Shown one piece after another: positions 39,096-52,175 of a stretch of 64,000 nucleotides of DNA (position 1 is its first letter; every line of letters starts with the position of its first letter). The translations under genes and the position numbers were made by a program. The stretch is from Macrostomum lignano (lineage: Eukaryota): assembly GCA_002269645.1 (NCBI GenBank), contig NIVC01002126.1, forward strand, positions 30,316 through 94,315. Reading direction: 5' to 3'. A model generated the notes under the pieces. That model saw nothing but the letters and a program-made list of their open reading frames with translations, did no database searches and was not told where the DNA came from.

Positions 39096-40904
39096 AAGCT
39101 TTTTTACTCTCAATTTTAGGAGCAATTTCATAAAAATAAAACGTAACCTAAAGTTGACCTTTTACAAACAACTATTAGAAAAATGAAAAACACATTTAGT
39201 ACTCTAGTATATTGGATGAGGACGAGGTAACGCACAACGTCCGTGTCTGGCCAATGATATCTTTCTCCACTGAACGAATCAACGGGTTTTCGTTATGAGG
39301 GCAAATTTAATAGCTGACATAAGGCAATTTATAATATATTCTCAAGCACGCAAGCAGGAGGCCGAGTCCTGTATTACTGCGGGATAAGTACTTTTGTTTT
39401 GACACAGAGGTTAAAAAATAAATCTAAAATATCCTCTATACCCTAAATATAAATGCATGCATGGATAATAGGTAAGTATTAAGTCAACTTTTAGCATTAT
39501 TTATTTACTCTGCTACGGAGGTACGTGTGATAAGTTAGCTTAGATAGATAAGCTGTCTGTTTTAACCGTTATATATCTATGGCTAGTATAGATTAGCAAT
39601 CCATTGTAACCATTAATAATCTATGGGATAGTATAGATTAGCAATCCATTCTACTCACTAATTATTAAACTTTATGTTAACACTAATTTGTTAATTCCAG
39701 CTTAAAATTTGAAATGATACTCTTAATAAATCTTTGGAAATCTCATTAGATTTTATTCGAGTAGATTCAAAGAAAACCTCAATCTTCAAGCCTATAAAAA
39801 GTGGACACAAACTTTACACACACAGGAATGATCAGATCACCATACCTCCCATCTTTACCTTATAGAACACTAGGTCCTAAGATAGGGTTTCATGCATAAT
39901 TAATATACCCGATGCACTGCCTAGACTAGAAGTTAAGACGATTTAGAGATCTATAGATACGTGTAGAAAGGTGTGTAATAGTAACTGCAGAAGCTTAGGT
40001 ACGGAATACTCAAAAAGATGCACCAATCTTATGCATCATTAATTAACACACAATGTATACCAAATCACCTTATATACATGCCTTGTTAGTACTTTATATA
40101 CTTTCTTTTACTGTATCCTTTGAAATTTTGGCTTAGCTCTGCTCGTGCAATTAACGCCAACCCTAAAGGCACAGTGAAGTTTACATGCCTAACGATAAAT
40201 AAAGTTAGGGCCGCAGTACACTCCTGTGTGATTGCCTGCTCAGAGGAGTCGGCGGAATGGGCAGTGATCCTCTCGACGGTTGTGTGACAAATATCGCTGC
40301 CAGTGTGATAAAAAACTGTATTTTGCCAATGTTAGAAACTGGCAGTACTTCACTTGTCAAAGAAAGCATCGTTAAACCCTGGGGGAGTTTGGCTAGGAAA
40401 CTCTAGTCTGTGACTGTTTGCCTGTCTATCGAAAATTTGATTACTTCTAGCAGATAATATGCGCGCTGGTCAGTAAGCAAGCAAGCAAGTGTGCCACCCT
40501 CGCCTTTCTCTCTGTAGCCATGCAGTCCTTTTTCGAGTAACTCGAACAGTTCCAGTAAATTGGTAGAATGTTGTTTTTTTCCCGATAGTACAGTTGGGAA
40601 ATATGCTCAACGCAAAACTTTCCATCTCTATGTAATAATACGAGTACACTGCTCTGGTAGATCCCCGAACGAGAACAAAAATTGATAAAACTTTCAGTTC
40701 TACTACTGAGCCAGTACAGACTACAGCTAGTGACAGCATCTAACCCTGAAGGAGAATCGTGCGAAAGTAAGCGAACTTATATTTATTAATTAAGAAATAA
40801 TTTTCAACTTTTATAATTCAGTATTGTCTGACCTAATCACTTGGCTTTTACGGTAGAAGTAATGAAAACTTCGTGAAAAAATGGTCGTTTAAAGAACTAG
40901 CTTG

Positions 40905-41280
40905 ACATTTCACAGATTGCAAATTGACCTTTCACAGATTGCAAATTGACCTTCACAGATTGAAGCTTGACCTTTCACAGATTGCAAATTGACCTTTCAC
41001 AGATTGAAGCTTGACCTTTCACAGATTGCAAATTGACCTTTCACAGATTGAAGCTTGACTTTCACAGATTGAAGCTTGACCTTTCACAGATTGCAAATTG
41101 ACCTTCACAGATTGAAGCTTGACCTTTCACAGATTGCAAATTGACCTTCACAGATTGAAGCTTGACCTTTCACGGAGCAGAGCTTGACCTTCCAGAGCAC
41201 AGCTTGACCTTTCACAGAGCACAGCTTGACCTTCCATAGAGCACAGATTGACCTTTCACAGAGCACAGCTTGACCTTCCA
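40905..41280. repeat. 21-22-bp tandem repeat of a TTGACCTTTCACAG motif
   Basis: Visible; ends at the acceptor of the exon starting at 41292. Confidence 0.9.
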
Positions 41281-41291
41281 ATACCCCTCAG

Positions 41292-42055
41292 AGAAGATCA
41301 TCAGCTGCATCCAGTGTAGCACAGACTCCGGAGATGCGGGATCAACGCTGTGCAACGATCCATTTGACTCTAGAATACAGAAAGAATTTAAACGAATATA
41401 CGACTTAAGTCCGGTTACTAAGAAAACGGTTGCCATGTACAACATTAGCACAGTACTGTGCGATGGATTCTGTGTCAAATGGGTTAAAGCTACAGCAACT
41501 GGTAAGGGAAGTTTTGGTTGTCAATATGTGCTGGAAAAGTTAAAAAAACGGATTAAAAAATGGGACTAGGCCATAGACATAATGCAAATCGGATTATTAA
41601 CTATCAACTTCCATTGACAGAAGCGATAATTACCGTCACGCAACACAAAGAGCTTCACACTTCACAGACGATTTAACGCATGTACACATGAATGTCAAAG
41701 AAACAGACAGCGAGGGGTTTTAAGCTTGGGGTAGAGGCAGAGTTAGAAGATGCCTATTTAAACATGAAAAGCCAACAGAATTCTCTGTCATAACCATTGT
41801 TAAGTGCCATTAAACAAAAACATTTTTCCAGGTCATTTGCTAAGCATATTGCGCACCTGTTCAAACAATCTGGAAATGCGATTTTCGCAAACAGCATCTG
41901 TCTGTATTTTTGAATCGCGAACAGGCAAAGGTCAGATGTGCTTCTGTCGGGAGGCGCTGTGCAACGGAGGCTGGCGACAAGCAAGTAACCGAGGAAACAA
42001 GCTAATGTTTGCGTTAGTAGCAACAGCGGTTACTATGACAACAACAGTGCTTTAA
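41292..42055 (+). CDS. Ly6/uPAR three-finger protein, quiver/sleepless-like, probably GPI-anchored (signal-peptide exon not located)
   Basis: Exons 41292-41501 and 41832-42055 join in phase 1: ISCIQCS...LCNDPF...CDGFCVKW...LRTCS...VC...GQMCFCREALCN, followed by a hydrophobic C-terminal tail. Confidence 0.8.
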
Positions 42056-42299
42056 TGTTGATAAGACCTCGAGTAAAAGTAGAAAGTTACAAGTTACTCA
42101 AAATTTAATATATTCTGACCAAAAATAACTTTTTAAAAGAATGCTAAGGCATCTCATATTTGTTCATCGCTTATTTACTTCCCTACTTTTCCCTTCACAG
42201 AGTACAGCTAGATTGATGCTTCAGCCCGAGAGTAAAGCTTGAACCCTTTCGCCCTTAAAGAGAGTACAGCTTGACCTCTTTACAGAGTAGAGCTTGACC

Positions 42300-42473
42300 C
42301 ATGCTTGGGCGCAACCTTTGGATTCACTCGGCCGTTTCTATTGGCAACACACACACGTAAGTCGCTATTGGATGGAATAGTAGTCACGTGACTGCTCTCA
42401 GCCAATACCGACTTACATGTATGTGTTGCCAATAGAAACGGCCGAGTGATTCCCAAAGTTGCGCATGTATGCC
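42300..42473. mobile_element. Palindromic MITE (~174 bp) of the GGCATACATGCGCAAC TIR family
   Basis: ~60-bp arms (CACTCGGCCGTTTCTATTGGCAACAC / GTGTTGCCAATAGAAACGGCCGAGTG), centre GTCACGTGAC, GACC on both flanks; left TIR degenerate. Confidence 0.75.
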
Positions 42474-45400
42474 GACCCTTGGCGGCTTGATTGAAGGAAT
42501 GTACTTTCTTGTCTCAGAAATGAAATACCTATTAGATAAAAAGTCTACACTTGTAAATCAATAGTCTTAAATTCTTTAAAATCAGAAGCTCAATCCTGAT
42601 TAATAAGAATGAAGATGTTTGAGATAAGCTTTATTAAGATATCTGTGTGTTTCAATTGTGTTTTTAATATAGCATACACATAGCTTCATATTCCCACCTA
42701 GATGATTATTGCATTGGCTGAGACATGGATTATTGCACAACCTAATAAAGAAATTATTGCATTAGCAGAGGAAATATTTGCACTAGCTACTTGCTGTCTG
42801 GTGGATGCTTGCTATTGTATCTGGGGAGTGCTTACTATTGGGGGATGCTTGCTCTTGAGGGGGGATACTTGCTATTTTGGAGAGGGGGTACTAACTACAT
42901 GTATCTATGGAATTCTTTCTATCTAGGGACGCTTGCTATTTAGGCATTCTTGCTATCTGCAGGATGCTTGCTATCTGGGGGGATACTTGCTATCTGGGTG
43001 GATGCTTGCTATCTGAATCATGAATCTCTATCTATATCTTTGTCTAGGACAATTTTACACGAATAAGGTAATTTTTAAAACTGAAGAAAGAATTGGTTCT
43101 TAAGAAAATGTTCTTTCTAAATTGTTTATAAGAATAATTTTTGCTCCTTGCTTATTGGGCACCCCACAGGGGGCACTAGATTGCTAGTATTACTACTTAA
43201 AGTACTATAACAAATGTATAATAAAATATCATAGAATTATAACATGATTATAAAGCAAGTGTTTTATACATTGATATAATATAACTAAATATCTATGCTA
43301 CAACTTTATTAGGGCATTGGGATAATATTTAAAGTTAATAAACATAATAAAAAGCATATCCCTAGCAAAGTAGGACTTTTTCATTAAGCTGATAAAAACT
43401 TTTAACATATTTAACAACTCAGTTAAGTGAAAAAATAGGACATACAATATAAATTTAGATGAACAAGAGACTACAAAGAATCACTTAGTATCTTTAAAAA
43501 AATTCTAGTATATGAAGCAACCCTAAAACTAAAAATTAGCACAATAAAAAAGTATAATTGTTTGATACTAGAAAACTTCAAATAGTAGGAATTATATGGG
43601 ATAAACCCTTAGCATAACTGAGCTAATTTTTCTACCATTTTAATTTCTTTTAATTTTAAAAAATTACCTTTATTGTCAGCTGGTAGTCATTTCATCAATT
43701 AAAGATATATTGTATCTTAATTAGGCAAATAAGTGATTTATAGACACTTAGCCTAAAACCTAGGCCTATCTTAGGTAGGAAATACCATAGAATATCATAT
43801 AAAATGCTCATTTGCACTCTCTACATGAAATTTCAAGACAAAAATATAAATATTATTGATACATCTATACATTCATATTTTATATTCTTTTAAATGTAGT
43901 CAACATTATAGGGAATTCTAGGCCCTCTAGCCAAAATTCTAGGAGCTATGCAATAGACAATTTTTTTTAAGGACATAGCCATTCCTTTCTATATTGAGTA
44001 TAAGAAATACTTGCTTTTTAAGTCTTACTTTGTTGGCATGGCTAACTGAATCTAAACATGTAATTTCCATTTTATATTAGCTCGTATGCTATGTTGCACT
44101 CTAAGCTTCTTTATATGTCAATAGATTTGCACTGACAATGTGCATCTTTTAACTATACCATTGACATGTTATTTTGCAAAAAAATATTGTTAGAATTTGC
44201 CATATAAACAAATATATTAAAATATGTTTATATTTATTAATAACTTTTTTAGTAGCTATGCTTTGTTAGTTGCTTTGTTTTAAACAATGCTTTTGTCATT
44301 GGCATTTTAAAAAGTATTATTTGTTTCTATTCTTCTTTGCTAACTAAAAGTGATAGGGGGCCTATTAAACATCAATACAATTAAAAGTTGGACAAAATCA
44401 CATTTTTGAGACTCAAGATCTATGCATTTGCTTTATTTAGATATTAAAACTAAGATTGAGATTGAAAAAAAATACTAAGATCTTAACTATTGAGATTGAG
44501 ATCTTATCCAACCTATAAATATAATATGCAAAACAATTATTTTATAAGTATTAAATTTCAGGGGCATGCTCAGTATTAGAGTGCATCTACCTAGCATCAG
44601 TATGTCATAGTGGATACATTTATAAATTTGGTTTAGGGCATTCTGACATTGCACTTAGAATCTAGCTAGTATAATCCAAACTATAATTAAAAGCTAAAAA
44701 GTTAAAAGCTAAATTAAAATAAAAAATAATTTTGTAAACAAAACTAAACTGTCATTAATTCCAAAAATTTGTTAAAACAATAGACACCTATTATGATAAG
44801 TAGTGTTGGGCAAAGTGTTGGGCAGACTTGGGTAATGGAAATTACTTGAGTCCAGTCTTCTGGTACTTGAAATGAAGTTTTAGGTGCCAAACAGCCAATT
44901 TAACACTAAATATTTCTAAAAAGTGCAAAAATTTTACCAAAATACTTGTAGTACAATTATAAAAAGGTAAAAAGAGGTGATCCTAGATCACATGGTTTTT
45001 ACTTATTAAGTTAAAGCACGTTTTAAGCATCATAGAATCCTAGAATGAAGTGATTATTGGTAGGATCATTAGCAATACATTAGGATGCTAACATTTATGA
45101 TTTGTGAAAAAAATTTTGAAGGCCAATTTTTTCATTTCAATGTTTGTGCAGGACAACGACATGAGTGATGCATTCTAAGAGTGTTTTGACTTTTCACTTT
45201 TGAGGCTAATTATAATTTTCTAATTGTAACACAGAAGCACTAATCAAGATATTGCATATTTTAAGTCTTTTGCATTGGTTTGTCTATCAAATTCTAGCTA
45301 TTTGTTGTCCTAGCATCTTTTTTCTTAATTGTCAACTGGTATTTCCAAGGCTGCTAGAAGATTATCATTGATTCTAAATGAGTCAGCAGTGTACAAAAGT

Positions 45401-47763
45401 ATACTTACACTACTGTAAAAGTATAGCTGCTATAAAACTATAGCACAATACTGCAATAATTATTTGTAGTAGGGCAACAAAAATGACCCACACAAAATAA
45501 AAGTCTCCTAAAATATTCTACTCATTGTGACATCTATCAAAAAAACTTATCTCCAAACATACTTCTGATGAGTCAGAATCAATATCTGAAATTTGGCCTT
45601 CAAAATTTTCTGCAAATTGTGAGTATAACATCTTGATATACTGCTAATCCTTGTTTTATAAAAGGTTTTTGCTTATTCACTTAAATTTTGGATACGATAA
45701 TGATAAAAAATACAATGTAGCATCTTTATGTATGTCGCACACTTATATGCCTGCTTAGGGGAGTTGGTGGAATGGGCAGTAATGCCTCTCGCTAGTTGTG
45801 TGCCTATGTTGCTTAAAGTGTGCCAAGGTGCACACAACCCCCTGCCTCTAAAAAATAAATCTTTATTTGAGGAAAAAAAGCATGTTTAACTTTAGACCAA
45901 CATATTTTTTTGTTTTTTTTTCACAAAGACATGTTTAAGAACTTTTTAATTGGCAATTCTTTAAAATTAGAAAGACTAATAATGGAAGTACCAAAACTTA
46001 CTTTTTTTAAAAAGTAGGCCTACCACAATATCCGAACAAGTGCTAGAAGTTACTTTTCTTGGAACCAGAAGTTACTTAACCAGAAGTTTCTACACTGATT
46101 ATAAGGGCCTAAATTAGGCCTATCTACCATCCTAATTAGCTTGGCTTAATTTGGCTATAGGCCTACATCTAGAGATATAGGCATAATAACTATTTTTAGC
46201 ATATGCTCTATTCTAATTAAATAGAAATCTAAATCTTTACAATGGAATCAAAGGGACTATTAGTATCATTGATATAGGCCTATGATTGCAATAGCAATTG
46301 ATATTGCTAGGCCTAGGCATATTATGATACATTATATAAGCTTCTAGCAAATGTTAAAATTCAAAAATAAAATTGCTAGTATAGCAATACTTTGGCTTAA
46401 GGCTTATTAGTGGAACAAATCATTAATTAAATGATGAAAAACTTTGAATGAAATAGGCCTAATTTGGCCTAGGCTTACTAAATCAGATTTAAATAAAAAC
46501 AATTGGATGCATTCAAATTTGGCAACAAACAAATTTAACAATAAACAAATTTGGCAATAAACAAATTTGGCAACAAACAAATTTGGCAATAAAAAGTTAA
46601 CATAGACCAATTTGGCAAAAGCAAATAATTAGGCAACAATCTAATCAAATTCTACAATATATATTTTTATAATTAAAGTCAAAACAAGTTAAAGCAAATT
46701 ACATGTAATAAAAGCTTTCTTAAAATGCTTATGAAAGTTTATAATATGAAATAATGGCTGTATAAGCATGTTAAAATAACTGAAAAATGCATAATAGAAT
46801 AGGGGCCACTTGATACTTTTAAATTTTGTCATTTTTTGCATGGCATATTTTTGCAAATCCCTTTTCCCAACATTGTATTGTAACCAATAGAAGGACATTA
46901 TTAGGCATATAAGAAAATCATTTATGTATGTATTCAATAGGCCTATGCATTGAAGAATAACATTGTACTAAAGGAATTATCCAAATTAGTCCTATATACA
47001 ATTGAATTGTTTTTCCTTTATTAATTTTCACCAAATTTGCCTAGATGGTTGCTGAATTTTACCAAATTTCTTGTTGCCAAATTGGTCAGCACTCAGCACC
47101 CAAAGAATCATTGGGCCTAGCCTAGGCCAGGGATGGCCAATGGGTAGGCTCACTTGGCATGCTATGCCATATAGCCAAGCTATGCACTTAATATTTTAAT
47201 AGTGATTATTTAAATTTAACAATATGATGTTTAATTTAATTATATCAACAGTGTAGTTTCAATAATAAATTTCAATATTTTAATAGGCCTAGCAGAGAAT
47301 TTACAATATCAAGACATCAAGTCACAACTTCACAAGCAGTTTGCAGTAGTTGTAGGCCAATACTATTATATGCCCTACACTGATGAACTAATATATAATC
47401 ATACTCGTAATATTGTTTTGATTTCATCATTTTAGACAATAATGGATGATAGACTATTGAGTCATGAAAATGCAGTGAGTGGGTGGGTGTGTGTTACTAA
47501 TACGACTGTACATTTACCATTTCGTGTCAGTTAATTTAAATGTGACAGCCATTCATTCATAGAAACATAGAGAATCATCGTACGATGTTTTTTCCGTTTT
47601 TTATTTTACACTTCTATAAATATACTAAATCTCTAAGGTTTGTATGTCCATAACGCTCTAGAGATTGCAATTCTTGACCAATTTAAATTACTAAATTTAA
47701 TACTACAGTATATACAGCCTATTGAGCTGTACACAGTGGCTATGTATATCCCAATGGAAATAC

Positions 47764-48461
47764 CAAGGACGACTTAAGTAGAAGGACGGGAAACCTCGTT
47801 TCTTAGAAATTTTTTGAAGGCACTTTTTCCCGAAAAAATACACTGCGGAGATAGGAAATTTTCATTTTTTCAGCACAAAAATTGCTATAACTTTTGATAG
47901 GAGGCAGATCCAGTGTTGATCTTTTGATATGTTGTGCCTTTTTTATTGCTCTATCGATATTTATAAAGCTTTCCGTTCAGAAAATTAGGATTCTATGTTA
48001 ATTTTTTATTCTACGTATATTTTCATGTGTCTTGTGCTTGAAATACATTAGAATGCCACGGCTTGGCTCTTTGATTTTATGAGTCTATTTTATCCTTCTT
48101 ACCTGACTGTATAGCAAATAGTCGTAACATAGATGATAAAATAGATTCATAAAACCAAATATTAGAGCTGTGTCATGCATTTTTGTGATTTTTAGATACA
48201 GGAAATATACGTAGAATAAAAAATTAACATAGAATCCTAATTTTCTGAACGGAAAGCTTTATAAATATCGATAGAGCAATAAAAAAGGCACAACATATCA
48301 AAAGATCAACACTGGATCTGCCTCCTATCAAAAGTTATAGCAATTTTTGTGCTGAAAAAATGAAAATTTCCTATCTCCGCAGTGTATTTTTTCGGGAAAA
48401 AGTGCCTTCAAAAATTTTCTAAGAAACGAGGTTTCCCGTCCTTCTACTTAAGTCGTCCTTG
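47764..48461. mobile_element. Foldback-type MITE (698 bp, ~255-bp near-perfect inverted arms), hAT- or P-like
   Basis: Ends CAAGGACGACTTAAGTAG / CTACTTAAGTCGTCCTTG; 8-bp TSD GGAAATAC at 47756-47763 and 48462-48469. Confidence 0.92.
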
Positions 48462-48808
48462 GGAAATACATGTACATGTACTGCAGCTGTACGAGCTACA
48501 TATTTGTATTTTGAACATATTAGCTACGCGAAATAGGTATTAATTAATTATTCTTTGCTATTTCATGAAATAATCATAATCATTTAAATAATCATGAAAT
48601 AAATATTGCGTTTCATGAAGAGGGATGACAATTTAACAAGTTACAAGTGATAAGTGACAATTTGTCAAGCCGTTTTTGCCGTTCTTTTGGCCATAGACAA
48701 CACAGATTTAGTTTGAGCACTATCGAAGGTTCCCACTTGTCAATGACAAGTCTACAAGTGGCCTAAGCTCTTGTCAACAGTCTACTTAGATAGAGAAACA
48801 AAAACATA

Positions 48809-49258
48809 CACTCAGCAACATTGAAAAGTTTCCACCCTAGCGCGCGAAGGGTCAACGTTTTGGTAGGTGGAGATATTCGTGGTTTGAGCCATAGACAAAT
48901 ATATAATCCGGATTCAAACGAAGCAAAGGAACAGCAAAGGAATAAAGTACGCGAGCATGGGTGACAACTTGCCCAGAACAGGGTCAGTAACGCGTATAGC
49001 AGCCACGTGCGTGCAGCAGAGCGCTCACTCTCCGGGGCATCCCCAGAACCAGCAGGCGTCGCAGAAAATCTTGCGGTAGTTGTTGCCATGCAGTAGACAG
49101 TGATTCGCGCTAAACGCGCTCTATGGTATTCATGTCCGGTGATCGGGACCGCCCGCCTGCGACCGCCCAATTTGGCGAGCAACAGCTCGGATGGACATCC
49201 CAGCATCCAGCATGCCAATGGCGCGCGCTCGTTCCAGGTCGGTCACTTGGCGAACCAT
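48809..49258 (-). mobile_element. Internally deleted Tc1-like transposon remnant
   Basis: N-terminal HTH MVRQVTDLERARAIGMLDAGMSIRAVARQIGRS fused to SPDMNTIERV (SPDLNPIE motif) and C-terminal AWQQLPQDFLRRLLVLGMPRRVSALLHARGCYTRY; one TIR TA|CACTCAGCAACATTGAAAAGT at 48809; the other TIR was not found. Confidence 0.85.
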
Positions 49259-50159
49259 TGCGTTCGGTTGCGAACGTGGATTTTAGACTCCTGTAAGCTG
49301 CTGCTGTCTGCTCCATGTGACTGTTTCCTTCGACCTGCCTGGCGTCTATGACCCAGGTTTTTGTCTATGGCCCAAATGAGTGTTGATGAAATTATCAATC
49401 GTCTTGATAGAAACTATTTTGAGCCCCTGAGCGGCAACCGTTTACCCTTTTCTTTACCGTTTCCCTTCCCCTACTGTTTTCTTCCCTTACTGTTCCCGTC
49501 CCCTTCCCCTTCCGTTTCCTTACGGACCCTTTGGAGCTGTAAAAACGATAAGTCCGCTTGGAGCCCCTTCTCCCTTTCCGGTACAACTCCCTTGGCTTTA
49601 ACCTACTGGCGCGTCTCGGATCTGGACTGATCGTCCGTGACTGCAGCAGCCGCCGTCGTATCCGACGACCACCGTGCCAAGCAGAATTGCCCGTCGGCCC
49701 AGGTAAAGTTCTTTCTCTGTATGTTGGGTAGAAGTCATAGCGCTGCCCTTGGGTATAGTCAGCCCGCGGTCTCCCCCCGCCATTCCCCATCATCTCCTAA
49801 TTTTGCAATCTTAACTTATTAATTCCGGTTTTAATAATTAACCGAGCGGTTAAGGCCACAAGTTAAGGGCCAGTAATTCAGGGAATTAGCTATTCAACTC
49901 GTTTGCAATTCTGTCTGTTTACTTATGTACTACGAGACGTGGTACAAAATGTGAGTAGTGGTTAGTAGTGGTGCGCCTGTCGCAGGGCATGCATGGAATA
50001 GAAGCTGAGGATCAGAGTGGAAGATCACCGCGGAGTATTAGCCGAATTTAAGCAAAAATCTATATAGCCTGTAACAATACTTCTAAATAAGTCCCCGTAG
50101 TATGTGCATCACGCGAGAGCTCTGGGTCCTGCAGTTTTTTACTGTATTATCCACCTTGG

Positions 50160-50760
50160 AATCCTGCATGGGGTTTAAAAGGGAATCGTAATCTAAAGTC
50201 GCTCACCAGCTAAAAGATCCCTCTATGTAAAAGTCCTCTCGCGATCGTTTCCAGCACTGACTATAGACTGTCCTTGAATGCCCTGCATAGAGTCCCTTCT
50301 GGCGTGTACCTTCAAACAAACCAGGACCCCGCTGTCTAGATAATGGCATCTTGGCCGCAACGTCAACTACCGCGCACCATCCAGAGGCCTGGTGGCCGTA
50401 CCTTTCAGCGCCATATCCCAGGGGTTTGCACGGGTATTTTTATGCAGCCATGTTTACGTCAATAGCTTAATTACAGCCAACTACATGTATATACAAGTCT
50501 TGAGAATATCGAATCTTTATCGAACCTTACCTCACGCTGATCAGAACGAGCAGGGAGGGTCAGCACTCCAGTCCCGCTGTTTGCCAACGCCCGGTCGCGC
50601 TGCACGCACAGGCTGCCCTAGTGACAGAATGCCTACTCTCCGGACCCCAAAGAACTCATCACACCAAGGACTCGCACACTTACGTGGCCAAACCAAACGT
50701 GCAAACCAAAAGTGCAAACCAAACGCACGCCCCGGCCAGAATGCTACGGCGGAGCCAATC
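50160..50760 (-). ncRNA. Possible spliced non-coding transcript or multi-exon 5' leader
   Basis: Run of short GT-AG intron candidates (50683-50618, 50530-50481, 50401-50336, 50206-50164) downstream of a CCAAT box; no open spliced frame found. Confidence 0.3.
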
Positions 50761-51172
50761 AGCATGCGGGGAGGGGTAGAGAACTGACGCGAGAGAGGCG
50801 CACGAGGGAAGGGGCTTAGAGGCAGACGAGGGTATGGACGAACTGACGAAATGAGCAACAGGCGAAAAAATAAACAAAAAATAGAGAAAATAGTGCAAAT
50901 GATGAATAAAAAAATATGAGTGAGTGCAAGTAAAGTCTTGCAGCCGAAATCACCACAGAAAGACGGTTTATAATGCCACGTACCGAAACCAATCTCACCA
51001 CAGCATACGCTAAAGGGATTGCGATCTTTTCTAGCCAATGAAAAGCATTGCAGTTACAGTGTACAGACTTATAATACAGCTGAGGCTAAAACCGGCTCTA
51101 TACACCGATAAAGTCGTACATTATTTACAATCAGCTGCAAGACTTTTGAACGGATCTTAAATTAACAAGAAA

Positions 51173-52111
51173 ATGTTGTCTGCAGTAAATCTGCTTCCGT
51201 TGTTTATTTGTTTAAATTCTGCTTGGCCTCAGGCCCGAACAGAGTCATGCTTTGAAGTTCAGAAGCTCAACGGTTGCGCTGATTGCTTGAAGAGCTTAGC
51301 AAACAAGACGGCCATACCGAGAAATGCCTGTTGGATAGCAAAGCTGCAAAATGAGTTCGAATCGAAAATGATTTGGCGCGCCAGTCAAGTTCTTCTGAAC
51401 GGCAGCTCAGGCGAGTGCCACCTACTGAGCAGCGAGTGCCCGCTAAAGTGCCTGCCATCGTCGTCCGATGGACTTTTGGAGTCCTGGCTTCCGTGTCGGG
51501 CACCAGATGCCCCGGTAGTGTCGCATCTGATCTTCACCATCAAAGCTGAAGTTGGCCGCAAGGCCTACAACTCTTTCGTCACAGCATCTGGCAATGAGCA
51601 CGTCCTAACGGTTGAGAGCGAGAGCTCAACTGCTGGACTGCCGGATGTGTTCCGCTCGGATCTTCTGGACAATTTGGACGAACTGAAAAACTTTCTAACC
51701 ATGAAAGAGTTTCGCGTAATCGTGTACAAATCAAACGTTCCCGTTATTCGATTGACGTTTGACGTATCCAAGCCGGGACTCACGGCGCAGAGTTGGTTCG
51801 CCCTCGATTGCCTCAAATCGAGCTGGCCTGTAGATGGCCTCGCTAACAGGACTGTCAACTATTTCTCCGTAGCTGGTCACGTGTCTACCGTCATAGGATG
51901 GAGTCACGAGCGCAGGTTTTTCATCAACTACAACTACGGCGGTTGCCCTTCTGACAATGGACTGCTAATGATAATGGATACCGATGATGTCTGCCCATTT
52001 TCTAAGGAAAACTTCACTGCCGCGCCGAGGATTTTGTTCACGAATAGCTCGACTGGTCACTGGAATACGGACGTTCAGAAGGCCGACAGGCTGTCTATCT
52101 TTGCTGTCTAA
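51173..52111 (+). CDS. Intronless secreted protein, 312 aa, unknown function
   Basis: Signal-peptide-like N-terminus, Cys-containing N-terminal half, and C-terminal WF...SSW...FSVAG...RRFFINYNYGGCPSDNG...AD pattern recalled from uncharacterised invertebrate secreted proteins; lies outside the Polinton TSD. Confidence 0.8.
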   Translation: MLSAVNLLPLFICLNSAWPQARTESCFEVQKLNGCADCLKSLANKTAIPRNACWIAKLQNEFESKMIWRASQVLLNGSSGECHLLSSECPLKCLPSSSDGLLESWLPCRAPDAPVVSHLIFTIKAEVGRKAYNSFVTASGNEHVLTVESESSTAGLPDVFRSDLLDNLDELKNFLTMKEFRVIVYKSNVPVIRLTFDVSKPGLTAQSWFALDCLKSSWPVDGLANRTVNYFSVAGHVSTVIGWSHERRFFINYNYGGCPSDNGLLMIMDTDDVCPFSKENFTAAPRILFTNSSTGHWNTDVQKADRLSIFAV

Positions 52112-52175
52112 CTGACTACTCCGCACTGAATGTCTCTGCAGCTTGCTAGACGCTAGTGAACGCTAAGTAGAGAGA

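Noticed and set aside
40053-40136. Signal-peptide exon (MYTKSPYIHALLVLYILSF...) for the quiver-like gene
   Set aside because: Plausible peptide, but no convincing donor in the phase required by the 41292 acceptor; left unassigned
50129-50309. Additional 26-27-nt micro-introns (50309-50283, 50154-50129)
   Set aside because: Very short with weak donors; not supportable without RNA data
51173-52111. Secreted protein as Polinton cargo
   Set aside because: It lies outside the left TIR and the GAGAGA TSD
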